Shown here: piece after piece, positions 10,287-19,794 of the stretch
Layout: the number at the start of each line of letters is the position of its first letter
Position numbering within the stretch: position 1 is the first letter of the stretch
Origin: a candidate division WOR-3 bacterium
GTDB taxonomy: Bacteria; SDB-A
Direction of reading: 5' to 3'
Assembly (NCBI GenBank): GCA_016926475.1
Contig: JAFGON010000021.1
Location: 9,626 to 73,625, forward strand
Length of the DNA: 64,000 bases
Notes under the pieces: generated by a model
What the model was told of the DNA's origin: nothing
Database searches by the model: none
The model's input: the letters and a program-made list of their open reading frames with translations, nothing else
Position numbers and translations under genes: made by a program

Positions 10287-10315
10287 TTTACTTCTATCAA
10301 AATTCAATATACCAT
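10287..10315 (+). promoter_or_regulatory. Putative sigma70 promoter, leaderless geometry
   Basis: TTTACT-17 nt-TACCAT, then 6 nt to ATG 10322. Confidence 0.5.
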
Positions 10316-10321
10316 ACATAG

Positions 10322-10594
10322 ATGATATATCGTAGCCCTAAAGACCCTTGTGTGCCTATAATGGTGTTGCTTATGTTTTGCTTGGCAGCTTTCGTGGTAG
10401 GTCTTTTTTCCGGAAAATTCATGCTTCAAAAAAACAAACTTCCTGATGAAACAAATGACACAATTCACTCTCTTCTGCTGAGGATAACGGTTCTCGAAGA
10501 CAGCCTCGACAACTCTCTATGGCATTTGAATGACATATCAAAATTCAAAGACTCTGTACTTTTCGAAGGAACTTTCGAGGACACTTTAGAATAG
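10322..10594 (+). CDS. Small hypothetical single-TM protein
   Basis: Fills the gap between the kinase and purD; hydrophobic helix followed by a coiled-coil-like segment; promoter directly upstream. Confidence 0.55.
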   Translation: MIYRSPKDPCVPIMVLLMFCLAAFVVGLFSGKFMLQKNKLPDETNDTIHSLLLRITVLEDSLDNSLWHLNDISKFKDSVLFEGTFEDTLE

Positions 10595-11857
10595 ATCTTC
10601 CGGAATATTTTTTCCTATATCCATTCTCATCCATGCGCCGTCGAATTTAATTTTTTCCGCGTCTTCATAAGCTTTTTTTCTCGCCGTTTCAAATGATTTT
10701 CCGACGCCACTCACGGTGAAAACTCTGCCTCCTGAAGTGACGAGGGATCGACCTTGTCTTTCCACTCCCGCGTAGAAAACAGAAGCATTCCGTGAAAGTG
10801 GTTGGCGTGCAAAGGAAATTGTTTTTCCTTTCTCGTATTTCAAGGGATACCCTTTTGATGCAATGACAACCGAGACGGATTTATCGTCAGAAATCTGCAA
10901 AGCGCTTTCAGCTTTTCCCCTCGCGCAGGAATAGAGAAGATCAAAAAAACCGCCTTCGATCTGTGCTAAAATCGACTGCGTCTCGGGATCGCCAAACCTG
11001 CAGTTGAACTCCAATACATAGACTTTTCCCATGGATACAATCGCGCCTATAAAAACCAATCCTCTGTATTGTATGTTTTCAGTTTTGAAATAATCGAGCA
11101 GAGGAAGAGCTATATAATCCTCTACTGTCCTCGTAAGAGTTTCACCGACAGGCGACAAAGATCCCATGCCTCCTGTGTTGGGTCCTCTATCCCCCTCAAA
11201 AGCCTTCTTGTGATCATGGGCTGTGGGAAGCCAAACAATATTCAAACCGTCAGTCGCGAAAAAAAACGAGAGTTCAAAACCTTCCAAAAACTCTTCGACG
11301 ACAATTTTCTTTCCCGCTTCTCCGAGTAATTTTCCAGAAAGCATTTCTTGTCCGATACCAGCGGCTTCTTTGCCGTCACGGCATATAAAAACACCTTTAC
11401 CCTGCGCCAAACCGCTCGCTTTCAGGACATATGGCGGTTTTATTTCGTCAAGGGCTCTGTAGAGTTTTTCGATAGACGCCACCTTATTCCACTTGGCGGT
11501 GGGTATGCCGGTCTGCGTCATAATCTTTTTCGCGAAAGATTTGTCCGATTCAATAGACGCGCCTTTCGCTCCGGGTCCGAAGACGACAAACCCGTGCGCT
11601 CTGAGTAAATCAGATATTCCACTGGATAGAGGGTCTTCTGGTCCAACGACAACAAGCTCAGGTGTTATTGCTTTTACAGCGTCGAGAATTTTTGGGTTGT
11701 CGCCGGTGTCGACTTCCACGTTTCGGCAATTCTTTTCTGTTCCGGGGTTTCCGGGAAGGCAGTAGACATCGGAAACATTCTCATCTTCCAGAAGCGACTC
11801 AGCGAGAGCGTGTTCTCTCGCCCCTTTACCTATGACCGCCACTTTTTTGTCTTTCAT
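10586..11857 (-). CDS. purD: Phosphoribosylamine-glycine ligase
   Basis: GKGAREHAL, PGNPG, VVGPEDPL, GPNTGGMG, EFNCRFGDPETQ, TSGGRV. Confidence 0.96.
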   Translation of the reverse strand: MKDKKVAVIGKGAREHALAESLLEDENVSDVYCLPGNPGTEKNCRNVEVDTGDNPKILDAVKAITPELVVVGPEDPLSSGISDLLRAHGFVVFGPGAKGASIESDKSFAKKIMTQTGIPTAKWNKVASIEKLYRALDEIKPPYVLKASGLAQGKGVFICRDGKEAAGIGQEMLSGKLLGEAGKKIVVEEFLEGFELSFFFATDGLNIVWLPTAHDHKKAFEGDRGPNTGGMGSLSPVGETLTRTVEDYIALPLLDYFKTENIQYRGLVFIGAIVSMGKVYVLEFNCRFGDPETQSILAQIEGGFFDLLYSCARGKAESALQISDDKSVSVVIASKGYPLKYEKGKTISFARQPLSRNASVFYAGVERQGRSLVTSGGRVFTVSGVGKSFETARKKAYEDAEKIKFDGAWMRMDIGKNIPEDLF

Positions 11858-11858
11858 G

Positions 11859-13661
11859 TCAGTTGTCGCTTTCTATTGAAAGGACGCTCATGAAAGCTTC
11901 CTGGGGAATTTCAATTTTTCCCAGCATTTTCATCCTCTTTTTCCCTTCCTTTTGTTTTTCGAGCAGTTTGCGTTTTCTCGTTATGTCTCCTCCATAGCAC
12001 TTCGCCGTGACATCTTTTCTCAGGGGCTTTATAGTCTCTCTCGCGATTATTTTACCGTTGACCACTCCCTGAATAGCCACTTCGTAGAGTTGACGCTTTA
12101 TTGTCTTTCTCAATTTAAGGCATATTCTTCGGGCCAAGTTGTAAGCTTCGTCGCTCTGTACTATGATTGAAAGAGCGTCAATTGGTTCGTTGTTTATGAG
12201 AAAATCGAGTTTAGTCATCTTCGCCTGAGAAAAACCTGTCCACTCGTAATCGAGGGATGCGTATCCTTTTGTCGAAGATTTCAACAAGTCATGAAAATCT
12301 ACTATGACGCTCGAAAGGGGCATCTCGTAGTCAACACGGACATGGTTTTCAGCGATGTATTCTATTTTTTTCTGTGTCCCTCTTTTTTCATGGCAGATTT
12401 TTATCACGTTTCCCAAAAATTCCGACGGGGTGTGTATGGAGACTTGCGACATGGGCTCCTCTATACTCTCTGTTTCCGACGGACCAGGAAGTTCAGAGGG
12501 GGAATTAACCTCCCGGATTTCTCCGTTCCTCAAGGTCACCCTGTAGGGTACTGTGGGAGCCGTGACGACGAGTTCTACGCCGAACTCCCTCTCCAGCCTT
12601 TCCTGAACTATGTCCATGTGCAAGAGACCCAAAAAACCAGCCCTGAATCCGAACCCGAGGGCGTTCGATTTTTCCGGAGAGAACACGATCGCTGAATCGT
12701 TTATTGAAAGCCTTTCGAGGCTCTCCTTGAGATCCCTGTATTTGTCGTTTGTAGAAGGATACAGACCCGCGTATACCATGGGTTTTGATTTTCTGAAACC
12801 CGGAAGAGGTTTTACCAGCATCCCGGACAAAGTCAACGTGTCGCCTATGTTGACATCTTTCAACGATCTTATTCCGGCAGAAACAAAACCGACTTCGCCG
12901 GTTGAAATTTTTTTGGTCTCGTTTATCTCGGGGGAAAAAAAACCTAAGTGCTGAACGTCGAATTCTCTGTCGGCGCTTACGAGTTTTATTCTGTCTCCTG
13001 TTTTCAACTCGCCTGAGACCACCTTGACAAACAAAACAGCTCCCCAGAACTCGTCGTAGTAGCTGTCGTAGACCAGAGCTCTCAAATCCGCGTCTCTCGT
13101 CTTTACTGGAGGAGGAACATATTCTACTATGCTTTCGAGAAGTTCTTCGATACCGTGACCCGTCTTGGCGCTGACCATGACCGAGTTTTCCGTGTCGAGG
13201 CCGAGGTATTCTTCTATTTCAAATTTGGTCTTTTCTGGATCTGCGGAAGGTAGGTCTATCTTGTTTATCACGGGTATTATCTCAAGCCCCTGGTCTATGG
13301 CGAGATAAGCGTTGCTAACAGTTTGGGCTTGAACCCCTTGGGTGGCGTCGACTACGAGAAGAGCTCCTTCGCAGGCTGATATCGACCTTGAAACTTCATA
13401 GGAGAAATCTACGTGTCCGGGTGTGTCTATGAGGTTGAGCTGGTATTGATGCCCCTCACTGGATTTGTAGTTCATCCTCACGTTGTGCGATTTTATGGTT
13501 ATTCCTCTTTCTTTCTCCAGGTCCATGTTGTCCAAATACTGTTCGAGTTTTATCCTTTTGTGGACGGTCTGGGTGTGTTCGAGAAGCCTGTCGGCGAGCG
13601 TCGACTTGCCGTGATCTATGTGGGCGATTATACAGAAATTCCTTATGTCGTTTTTAGCCAT
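11859..13661 (-). CDS. lepA: Elongation factor 4 (LepA)
   Basis: IRNFCIIAHIDHGKSTLADR, DTPGHVDF, KCYGGDITRKRKLLEKQKEGKKRMK. Confidence 0.98.
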   Translation of the reverse strand: MAKNDIRNFCIIAHIDHGKSTLADRLLEHTQTVHKRIKLEQYLDNMDLEKERGITIKSHNVRMNYKSSEGHQYQLNLIDTPGHVDFSYEVSRSISACEGALLVVDATQGVQAQTVSNAYLAIDQGLEIIPVINKIDLPSADPEKTKFEIEEYLGLDTENSVMVSAKTGHGIEELLESIVEYVPPPVKTRDADLRALVYDSYYDEFWGAVLFVKVVSGELKTGDRIKLVSADREFDVQHLGFFSPEINETKKISTGEVGFVSAGIRSLKDVNIGDTLTLSGMLVKPLPGFRKSKPMVYAGLYPSTNDKYRDLKESLERLSINDSAIVFSPEKSNALGFGFRAGFLGLLHMDIVQERLEREFGVELVVTAPTVPYRVTLRNGEIREVNSPSELPGPSETESIEEPMSQVSIHTPSEFLGNVIKICHEKRGTQKKIEYIAENHVRVDYEMPLSSVIVDFHDLLKSSTKGYASLDYEWTGFSQAKMTKLDFLINNEPIDALSIIVQSDEAYNLARRICLKLRKTIKRQLYEVAIQGVVNGKIIARETIKPLRKDVTAKCYGGDITRKRKLLEKQKEGKKRMKMLGKIEIPQEAFMSVLSIESDN

Positions 13662-13835
13662 CCATGTTTCTATATCAAGGACTCGCCTTTTGTCAATCCG
13701 AGATTTGACGCTTCGTAAAAATCCGCGCTCTCACTAAAACACGTTACTTGTCATAGGCTCAGATTTCGTTTACAAACGCCGTATTTTATGGTTTAATCTG
13801 GAAATAAAACCTCATATTATTGTAAAGGGGTGTGA

Positions 13836-15209
13836 ATGAACCGAAAAATATTATTTTCCTTGTCTTTATCGGTTTTGTTTTTTTGTTCACCTTACAGGGG
13901 AACTTCAACCGACAGTCAAGTAACGGCGGTAGAAGACGATTATCCCTACGTCGAAGCGGTCTCCGCTGACACTCTGGCCTCGATAATGCTGACGATAGCC
14001 GAAGAACAATTCACACAGGCGAACGAAGCTCTGAAAAGTTCAAATTTTCTTCTCGCGCACCAGTTCGCCAACGACGGCATGCGGTACCTTCTGGACATTC
14101 CCATAGAAGACGTGGAGGATTCATTTCTAATAAGCAGGTACAACATCAACCTCAGAAGGCTGTCTTCGGCTCAGATAAGGGCGGCGAACTCACTCTGGGG
14201 CTACCCGGTCATCGAGACATCCGACTTCAGGCTGATACCTATAAACCCCGACGAGTCCGAAAGGCTGAGGCAGTCATTGAACACGTGGACAGGTCCAAGC
14301 AGAAACACACTTATAGGCTGCTTGAGAAGGGGCGGTCAATACTTGCCGCTGATAGAAGAAGTTCTCGAGGACTACAACCTGCCTCATGATATTGCGTATC
14401 TACCGATAATCGAAAGTGGATACAATACTGGCGCTATTTCACCCGCTTCAGCGGTCGGAATGTGGCAGTTCATACCAGGAACAGCGCGGACTTTCGGTTT
14501 GACCATAAACAACTACGTCGATGAAAGACGCGACCCGTATAAATCGACTATAGCCGCGGCGAGATACCTCTCGTCACTTTACGAGAGGTTCGGAGACTGG
14601 AAGCTCGCTTTTGCTGCTTACAACTGCGGCGAGGGGACCGTTGAAAGAGCAATAAACAACGCGGGAACAAACGATTTCTGGAAGCTCTCCCTTCCGAGCG
14701 AGACCATGATCTATGTACCCTATGCTCTCGCTGTCATGCTCGTCGCGAGAGAACCCGAGATTTACGGAATGTCGATTGATTACGCTGCGCCACTGGAATA
14801 CGACACAATACACCTCAACGGCCCGGTTCAGCTCTCTGTAATAGCCAATTCAACCGGTTCTTCAAAAGACGATATAAAGAAACTCAACCCGCACATTCTT
14901 CAGGATTTTACGCCTCCGGGCGATTATCCTTTCGTTTTGAAGATCCCCTCGGGCACAAGAGACATGTTCAAAGCGAGTTTCGACATTTTACCTGACTCTC
15001 TGAAATACCTTTCTTCCACACAGATAAGCTCACGGACAGCCCCTGTTGTAACTACCCCGACTTGGAAATATTACACAATAAGGTCCGGTGACACGCTTTC
15101 GAGAATAGCCAGGAGGCTCGGGGTCACCGTCGAAGAGCTGAAGAGATGGAATCCAAACGACGCCGGCGGAAGGTACCTTCAGATCGGCGCGAAACTCAGA
15201 TATCGTTGA
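13836..15209 (+). CDS. MltD-like lytic transglycosylase (SLT domain + LysM)
   Basis: LPIIESGY, AVGMWQFIPGTA, DERRDP, AAYNCGEG; C-terminal LysM YTIRSGDTLSRIARR. Confidence 0.9.
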   Translation: MNRKILFSLSLSVLFFCSPYRGTSTDSQVTAVEDDYPYVEAVSADTLASIMLTIAEEQFTQANEALKSSNFLLAHQFANDGMRYLLDIPIEDVEDSFLISRYNINLRRLSSAQIRAANSLWGYPVIETSDFRLIPINPDESERLRQSLNTWTGPSRNTLIGCLRRGGQYLPLIEEVLEDYNLPHDIAYLPIIESGYNTGAISPASAVGMWQFIPGTARTFGLTINNYVDERRDPYKSTIAAARYLSSLYERFGDWKLAFAAYNCGEGTVERAINNAGTNDFWKLSLPSETMIYVPYALAVMLVAREPEIYGMSIDYAAPLEYDTIHLNGPVQLSVIANSTGSSKDDIKKLNPHILQDFTPPGDYPFVLKIPSGTRDMFKASFDILPDSLKYLSSTQISSRTAPVVTTPTWKYYTIRSGDTLSRIARRLGVTVEELKRWNPNDAGGRYLQIGAKLRYR

Positions 15210-15236
15210 TAGAATAGCATTCAACCAGGAGGGCTG

Positions 15237-16730
15237 ATGACTAGAAAAGAATTGACCGTAATCCTGCTCCTCGGTATTTTGTCTGTCTTTATCGGCTGCA
15301 CAAAAAAACCGCAGGTCGAACAGATCGAATTGGCCGAATTAGTTCCAAATGACATCCCCATGTTTTTATACGTCGACCTTCAGAAAATAAATGCGGATGC
15401 GATATTGACGAAAGTTTTTAAAGATGAAACAGAGGACTTCGACTACCAGGAATTCAAAGACAACGGATTCGACCCGACGGGTAAAATCGGGATGGCGATG
15501 CTAGATCTGGAGTTTTCAAACCAGGAAGACATGAAACCGCCTACTTTTGTCCTTTTAATTCCTTCTACGAATCCTGAAAAACTCCTTGAATACATCATAT
15601 CCAAGACCAAAGAAGAAGGAGACCAGGAAATAACACAAGACGGTGATTTCACGGTGATAAAGGACGAAGACGGCGAGAACATTTATTTCACCGAATTTGA
15701 GAGCTATGTACTTTTTGGAATGGGGGAAAAATTCAAAGACCTGCACCAGAAGATGGCTCAGACAAAACCTGAAAACTCCCTCGCTCAATGTCCTGAATTC
15801 AAAGAATCGTATTTATCCATCGGGATGGAATCTCCTGCTCTCTACGCCTACATCGGAGGAAGTTTTTACGATGTACTCGAAAAAAGTTTGAAAGAAAGTG
15901 CCGACACACTGGATGAGATAGCTTCCGCTTTCATGGATATGCCGGAAGTAGAATACGCTGTTATCGGCGGTGACATCGAACAAAAAAGGATCGTTCTCAA
16001 ATCATACGCCAAATACGGGGAAGATATTTCAAATCACCCCATGGTGGCTCTGTATCTTGCCGAGTTGCCGAGCGGAGTCGCGGATTTAAGCGAATTAAGC
16101 GGAGACCTGACGCTTTACATGCGGCTTGTAATGGATTTTATGGTTCTCAAAGAAATGGTCTCTCCTTTCATGGAAGGGCAAATCGATTTCTCCCAATTCG
16201 GCATGACCGAAGACGAATTCTGGGGCATGCTTAGAGGCGATATACAGTTGATGATCGGGAACTTCAACATGACAGCTCCGGAAGCCGGTGGGATAGTCGG
16301 TCTAAACAACAAGGAAACGCTGATAAAAATCATGACAATAGCCGTTGCGGGAGCAGGAGGAGCCCTCAAGGGAGAGAACGATTCCTACACGTTCACTCAG
16401 GGTAACAACGTCGTCGACATTAAAATAAACGAAAACGAAGCGGTCGTTCTCTTGAACACCCAGTCATTTTCAGCTTCGGGAACAACCTTGAAACAGAAGC
16501 TTGAGGAAGCCGGAATAGAAAATCCCGATCAATACCCGGTTATTATATATATAGACGCCCAGAAAATACTTCCTATGATGAGAATGTTCGCGCCTGAAGC
16601 GGGTGAGAAACTCTCCTTCATCGGGACGGTAGCTTCAGCCAGCAAGATCGAAGACATGACTTCAACAGGGATATTTATCGTAAACGGTTCGGGTGAAAAT
16701 ATTCTCGAAGACATAATCTCGGCCTTTTAA
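15237..16730 (+). CDS. Hypothetical lipoprotein (DUF3352-like)
   Basis: Lipobox FIGC; acidic alpha/beta protein; AGGAGG SD. The family guess is by resemblance only. Confidence 0.6.
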   Translation: MTRKELTVILLLGILSVFIGCTKKPQVEQIELAELVPNDIPMFLYVDLQKINADAILTKVFKDETEDFDYQEFKDNGFDPTGKIGMAMLDLEFSNQEDMKPPTFVLLIPSTNPEKLLEYIISKTKEEGDQEITQDGDFTVIKDEDGENIYFTEFESYVLFGMGEKFKDLHQKMAQTKPENSLAQCPEFKESYLSIGMESPALYAYIGGSFYDVLEKSLKESADTLDEIASAFMDMPEVEYAVIGGDIEQKRIVLKSYAKYGEDISNHPMVALYLAELPSGVADLSELSGDLTLYMRLVMDFMVLKEMVSPFMEGQIDFSQFGMTEDEFWGMLRGDIQLMIGNFNMTAPEAGGIVGLNNKETLIKIMTIAVAGAGGALKGENDSYTFTQGNNVVDIKINENEAVVLLNTQSFSASGTTLKQKLEEAGIENPDQYPVIIYIDAQKILPMMRMFAPEAGEKLSFIGTVASASKIEDMTSTGIFIVNGSGENILEDIISAF

Positions 16731-16736
16731 CACTTT

Positions 16737-16766
16737 TCCCGGGGCGAAATTATCGCCCCGGGATTT
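16737..16766. terminator. Hairpin / intrinsic terminator between convergent genes
   Basis: TCCCGGGGCGA-AATTA-TCGCCCCGGGA, 11-bp perfect stem followed by TTT. Confidence 0.7.
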
Positions 16767-17770
16767 CAAACACTTTTAATCCATTCACCATTTTTGATTT
16801 TTCCCGAGTCAATAAACGTTGACCTGGTGAAATATCTTTCAATAGCCTTTTTCAAAACATCATATTCCCTGAACGGACCTCGGTCGCAATAAATCGTCCT
16901 TTTCTCAAAGCCAAGCATTTTCAAAAAGGTCAATTCCGACACAATTCCATAACCGGGTTTCGTGACAACGCAGTCTGATGCGAGCAATACATCGGGAAGC
17001 CTATGTATATGCGTAGATATCATCCTGACGTTTTTTGTAATAAACTTATCTTCAAATCCAGGAATCAAAACCGTATATGCATCCCCCCTGTTCTTGAAAT
17101 CCGAAAAAACGTTGAAGCCTCCGAAAGCAAAGACCACCGTCTTTCTACCCTTTTCCACTCCCAAGTGTTCCTTCGCTTCAACAGGGTTTGACAATAAAGG
17201 TCTCCTTCCAACGAGTCCAGTCCTAATTTTTTTTTTGAAATTATCCAGACCCCCTGAAAAAGGGAGCTCGAAGACAACGTCAGTTTCCGAATACTTTTTC
17301 CTGTAGAATTTCTCCAAAGTTGAATATTTTGAATCTACCCGGGCAAAACCTCCATAAATCCAGTCCCATGTGAAATTTCCCACTATATAACCTGGAATGC
17401 CGAGTTTTCTTGCGGCTGAAATAGGAACAGGAGATACGTCGGAAAAAACAGCTTCGATTTTGTTTTTTGAAATGAAATCTAATTCTCTTTGGACCAATTT
17501 TTCGTATTCTGATATGTATGCGAAGTTCTCTTTTAGGGTTTTTTCCAAATCCATTTCAAGCGCGTCTTTTTGAGCTACACCTATATCGGTACATTGCTCT
17601 GTGTAGGACTTAGCCCCGATGTCGCAATACCCGAAATTTTTTGCGATTTCAAAAGGGTACCCGCACACTACACGGGTATCGAAACTGGAAAATTTTTTTA
17701 TTATCTCAAAACTTCTCGTAATGTGGCCGAAACCGTGAGAAGAAATGTAATAAGCGGTTTGAATTCTCAA
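16766..17770 (-). CDS. GT-B glycosyltransferase-like protein (similar to the arabinokinase N-terminal domain)
   Basis: YYISSHGFGHITRS, NFTWDWIY, FAFGG, VTKPGYGIVSE; probable TTG start at 17770 overlapping the upstream TGA. Confidence 0.72.
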   Translation of the reverse strand: MRIQTAYYISSHGFGHITRSFEIIKKFSSFDTRVVCGYPFEIAKNFGYCDIGAKSYTEQCTDIGVAQKDALEMDLEKTLKENFAYISEYEKLVQRELDFISKNKIEAVFSDVSPVPISAARKLGIPGYIVGNFTWDWIYGGFARVDSKYSTLEKFYRKKYSETDVVFELPFSGGLDNFKKKIRTGLVGRRPLLSNPVEAKEHLGVEKGRKTVVFAFGGFNVFSDFKNRGDAYTVLIPGFEDKFITKNVRMISTHIHRLPDVLLASDCVVTKPGYGIVSELTFLKMLGFEKRTIYCDRGPFREYDVLKKAIERYFTRSTFIDSGKIKNGEWIKSV

Positions 17771-19794
17771 ATTTGAAGGTCTATGAGCATTATTTCGGTG
17801 TCTTTGAGACCCGATGCATTTACAGCCCACGCGTCAATTTCGCTGTAGACTTTTTGGGCGAAATCATCAAAATTCTCATGTTGGTGGGAAGAAAGAATGC
17901 TGACAATCCTTTCTTTTCCTATCTTTTCGTATTTGACGTTTCTCAATTCAAAAATGTCAGTAGAACTCAAAAACAGCCGTTTTGCAGTTGTCTGAAGATC
18001 GGGAGTGTAGTTTGTCACTCCTTCAGGGGTCAAACAAAATAAAGATTCGCAGTTTTCTGAAATTGCATCAAAACTTTTAGAACCGATTACAATCAAAGCA
18101 GACTGGGTAACAACCAGAGAAGTGATTTTTTCGAAAAAAGAGTTTAAACCGTTGTTGTCTTTTAACTCATAGGTCAGGTTTTCAAGTCTGCTTATTTTCA
18201 GCCAGTCGAGTTCATCAGGAACCCACTTCAAATATCCGCAGAACGTTTTATCCTGATACTTGAAAAGGAAAAAAGCGCATTCGCCGGCGTCGTCGCCGTT
18301 TATTTTTTTTATCTCAACCCTTTCATCTCTACCTTTTTTAAAACTTTCAAAAACCTCTTCCCTTATTTTCTTTTTCTCTTCTCTTTTTATCTCTTCGGAT
18401 AAATTATCAATTTTTAAGAGAGCGGTTAAAACGCCGGAAACTCTTCTCGAGAAAACCGTCAGAGCATCCATAATGGTCTTGTCCATCGGTTTTCGCGGTT
18501 TGGTTCCCATCGCAAACGCGATCATCTCCCATCCGGAGAAAAAAGGCAGAATCCAATAACCTTCTTCTTTTTTTACCTGCAGCATATCTTCGACGGAAAG
18601 GTTTCTAAAACCCGGACTTGTCTCTTCCTCAAATACCACCGGTTTTGTAGTGCTTTCGAGAAAATTGACCAATCCGTCCTTTCGAGAAGCGTCAAATACA
18701 CCGCAGGACGTGTTCTTTGAACCTGAAAGGCACGCAAATGATTGCTTTCTTCTCGCGTATACCCAGCATTTTTCGCAGCCGACAGACTGCAAAAGGGTCT
18801 CGCCAAGTCTTTTCGCGAATTCCACTGTGCTTTCGTTTATGCTGATGGTTTTCTCAAAATTCATGAGGTTTTGAATTCTTTTATCGGGATTGCCGTAGAA
18901 AGCCATATACATAAGTGAGAAAGAATATTTGAAAGACCATGCCAAAAATAGCGACCCGAGCATACCCATGACGAATATCTTCCATTTGCCGAGGTTCAAA
19001 AACGACGCTGGCATAATTGAAATCAAAAAGAAAGATGCTGATGAAACCAGAATAGACAGCAAAAACACAACAAGTTTTCTCGAAGGAACGTTTTTCAAAT
19101 TCGGGATTAAATCTTCAAGAAGAAAAAATAAAGCGAACAGGACAGAATACAGGGGTTTTTTATCCGGTGCAAACAATACGAAGACAACCCATAAAAATAC
19201 CGAGAGAAACGCCCCCATGACAAAGTGTTCGGATTTCCTCTTGTGTGTGACCGAACATTTTTTTGAAACGAAACGGCTGGTAGCCAGAACGAGGAAAACG
19301 GATGCTGACAATGCCAAAATGTAAAGTCCCTTCAATAAAACAGCCTCGAAGCTTCCGCCCAAAAAAGCGCTGACGAAAAAAAAGAAAGATGAGAAGACAA
19401 AAGAAAGTAGATAGAAAATTCTGACAAAGAGAAAGCCCGACTTGCTGTAAAAGGGTTTCTCTTCCGGGAAAACCATGGAAAGATGAAAAAGTAACGAGGT
19501 TATGAAAGAGAGGCTTATCGCCTTAAGAGAATTCAACGAGTTTCCGTGTCCACAAAAAAGAAGAGCCGTAAAAAGCGAGAGGAAACACGATACGACCAAA
19601 TACTTCGGCATTTTAGACCTGGGAAATTTGGTCAACAAAAGAAAAATGGGGATGACAGGAGAAAACAGTATTGACGGGTTCATTACTCCTCTGGACAAAG
19701 AAAAGACAGCTGGCAAAACAGTCAGGATAAAAACTAAAACTGCCGAGATTTTGATTATTCTTTTAAAGTTCCTGTCTCTGGAGTTTCTCATCAT
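17767..19794 (-). CDS. Multi-TM membrane protein with GAF-like and degenerate SpoIIE/PP2C-like C-terminal domain
   Basis: About 9-10 hydrophobic helices, a GAF-like middle, and a C-terminus (LFLSSTDIFELRN..EKIGKERIVSIL...KDTEIMLI) resembling SpoIIE; ATG at 19794 overlaps the nrdJ stop. Confidence 0.6.
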   Translation of the reverse strand: MMRNSRDRNFKRIIKISAVLVFILTVLPAVFSLSRGVMNPSILFSPVIPIFLLLTKFPRSKMPKYLVVSCFLSLFTALLFCGHGNSLNSLKAISLSFITSLLFHLSMVFPEEKPFYSKSGFLFVRIFYLLSFVFSSFFFFVSAFLGGSFEAVLLKGLYILALSASVFLVLATSRFVSKKCSVTHKRKSEHFVMGAFLSVFLWVVFVLFAPDKKPLYSVLFALFFLLEDLIPNLKNVPSRKLVVFLLSILVSSASFFLISIMPASFLNLGKWKIFVMGMLGSLFLAWSFKYSFSLMYMAFYGNPDKRIQNLMNFEKTISINESTVEFAKRLGETLLQSVGCEKCWVYARRKQSFACLSGSKNTSCGVFDASRKDGLVNFLESTTKPVVFEEETSPGFRNLSVEDMLQVKKEEGYWILPFFSGWEMIAFAMGTKPRKPMDKTIMDALTVFSRRVSGVLTALLKIDNLSEEIKREEKKKIREEVFESFKKGRDERVEIKKINGDDAGECAFFLFKYQDKTFCGYLKWVPDELDWLKISRLENLTYELKDNNGLNSFFEKITSLVVTQSALIVIGSKSFDAISENCESLFCLTPEGVTNYTPDLQTTAKRLFLSSTDIFELRNVKYEKIGKERIVSILSSHQHENFDDFAQKVYSEIDAWAVNASGLKDTEIMLIDLQI

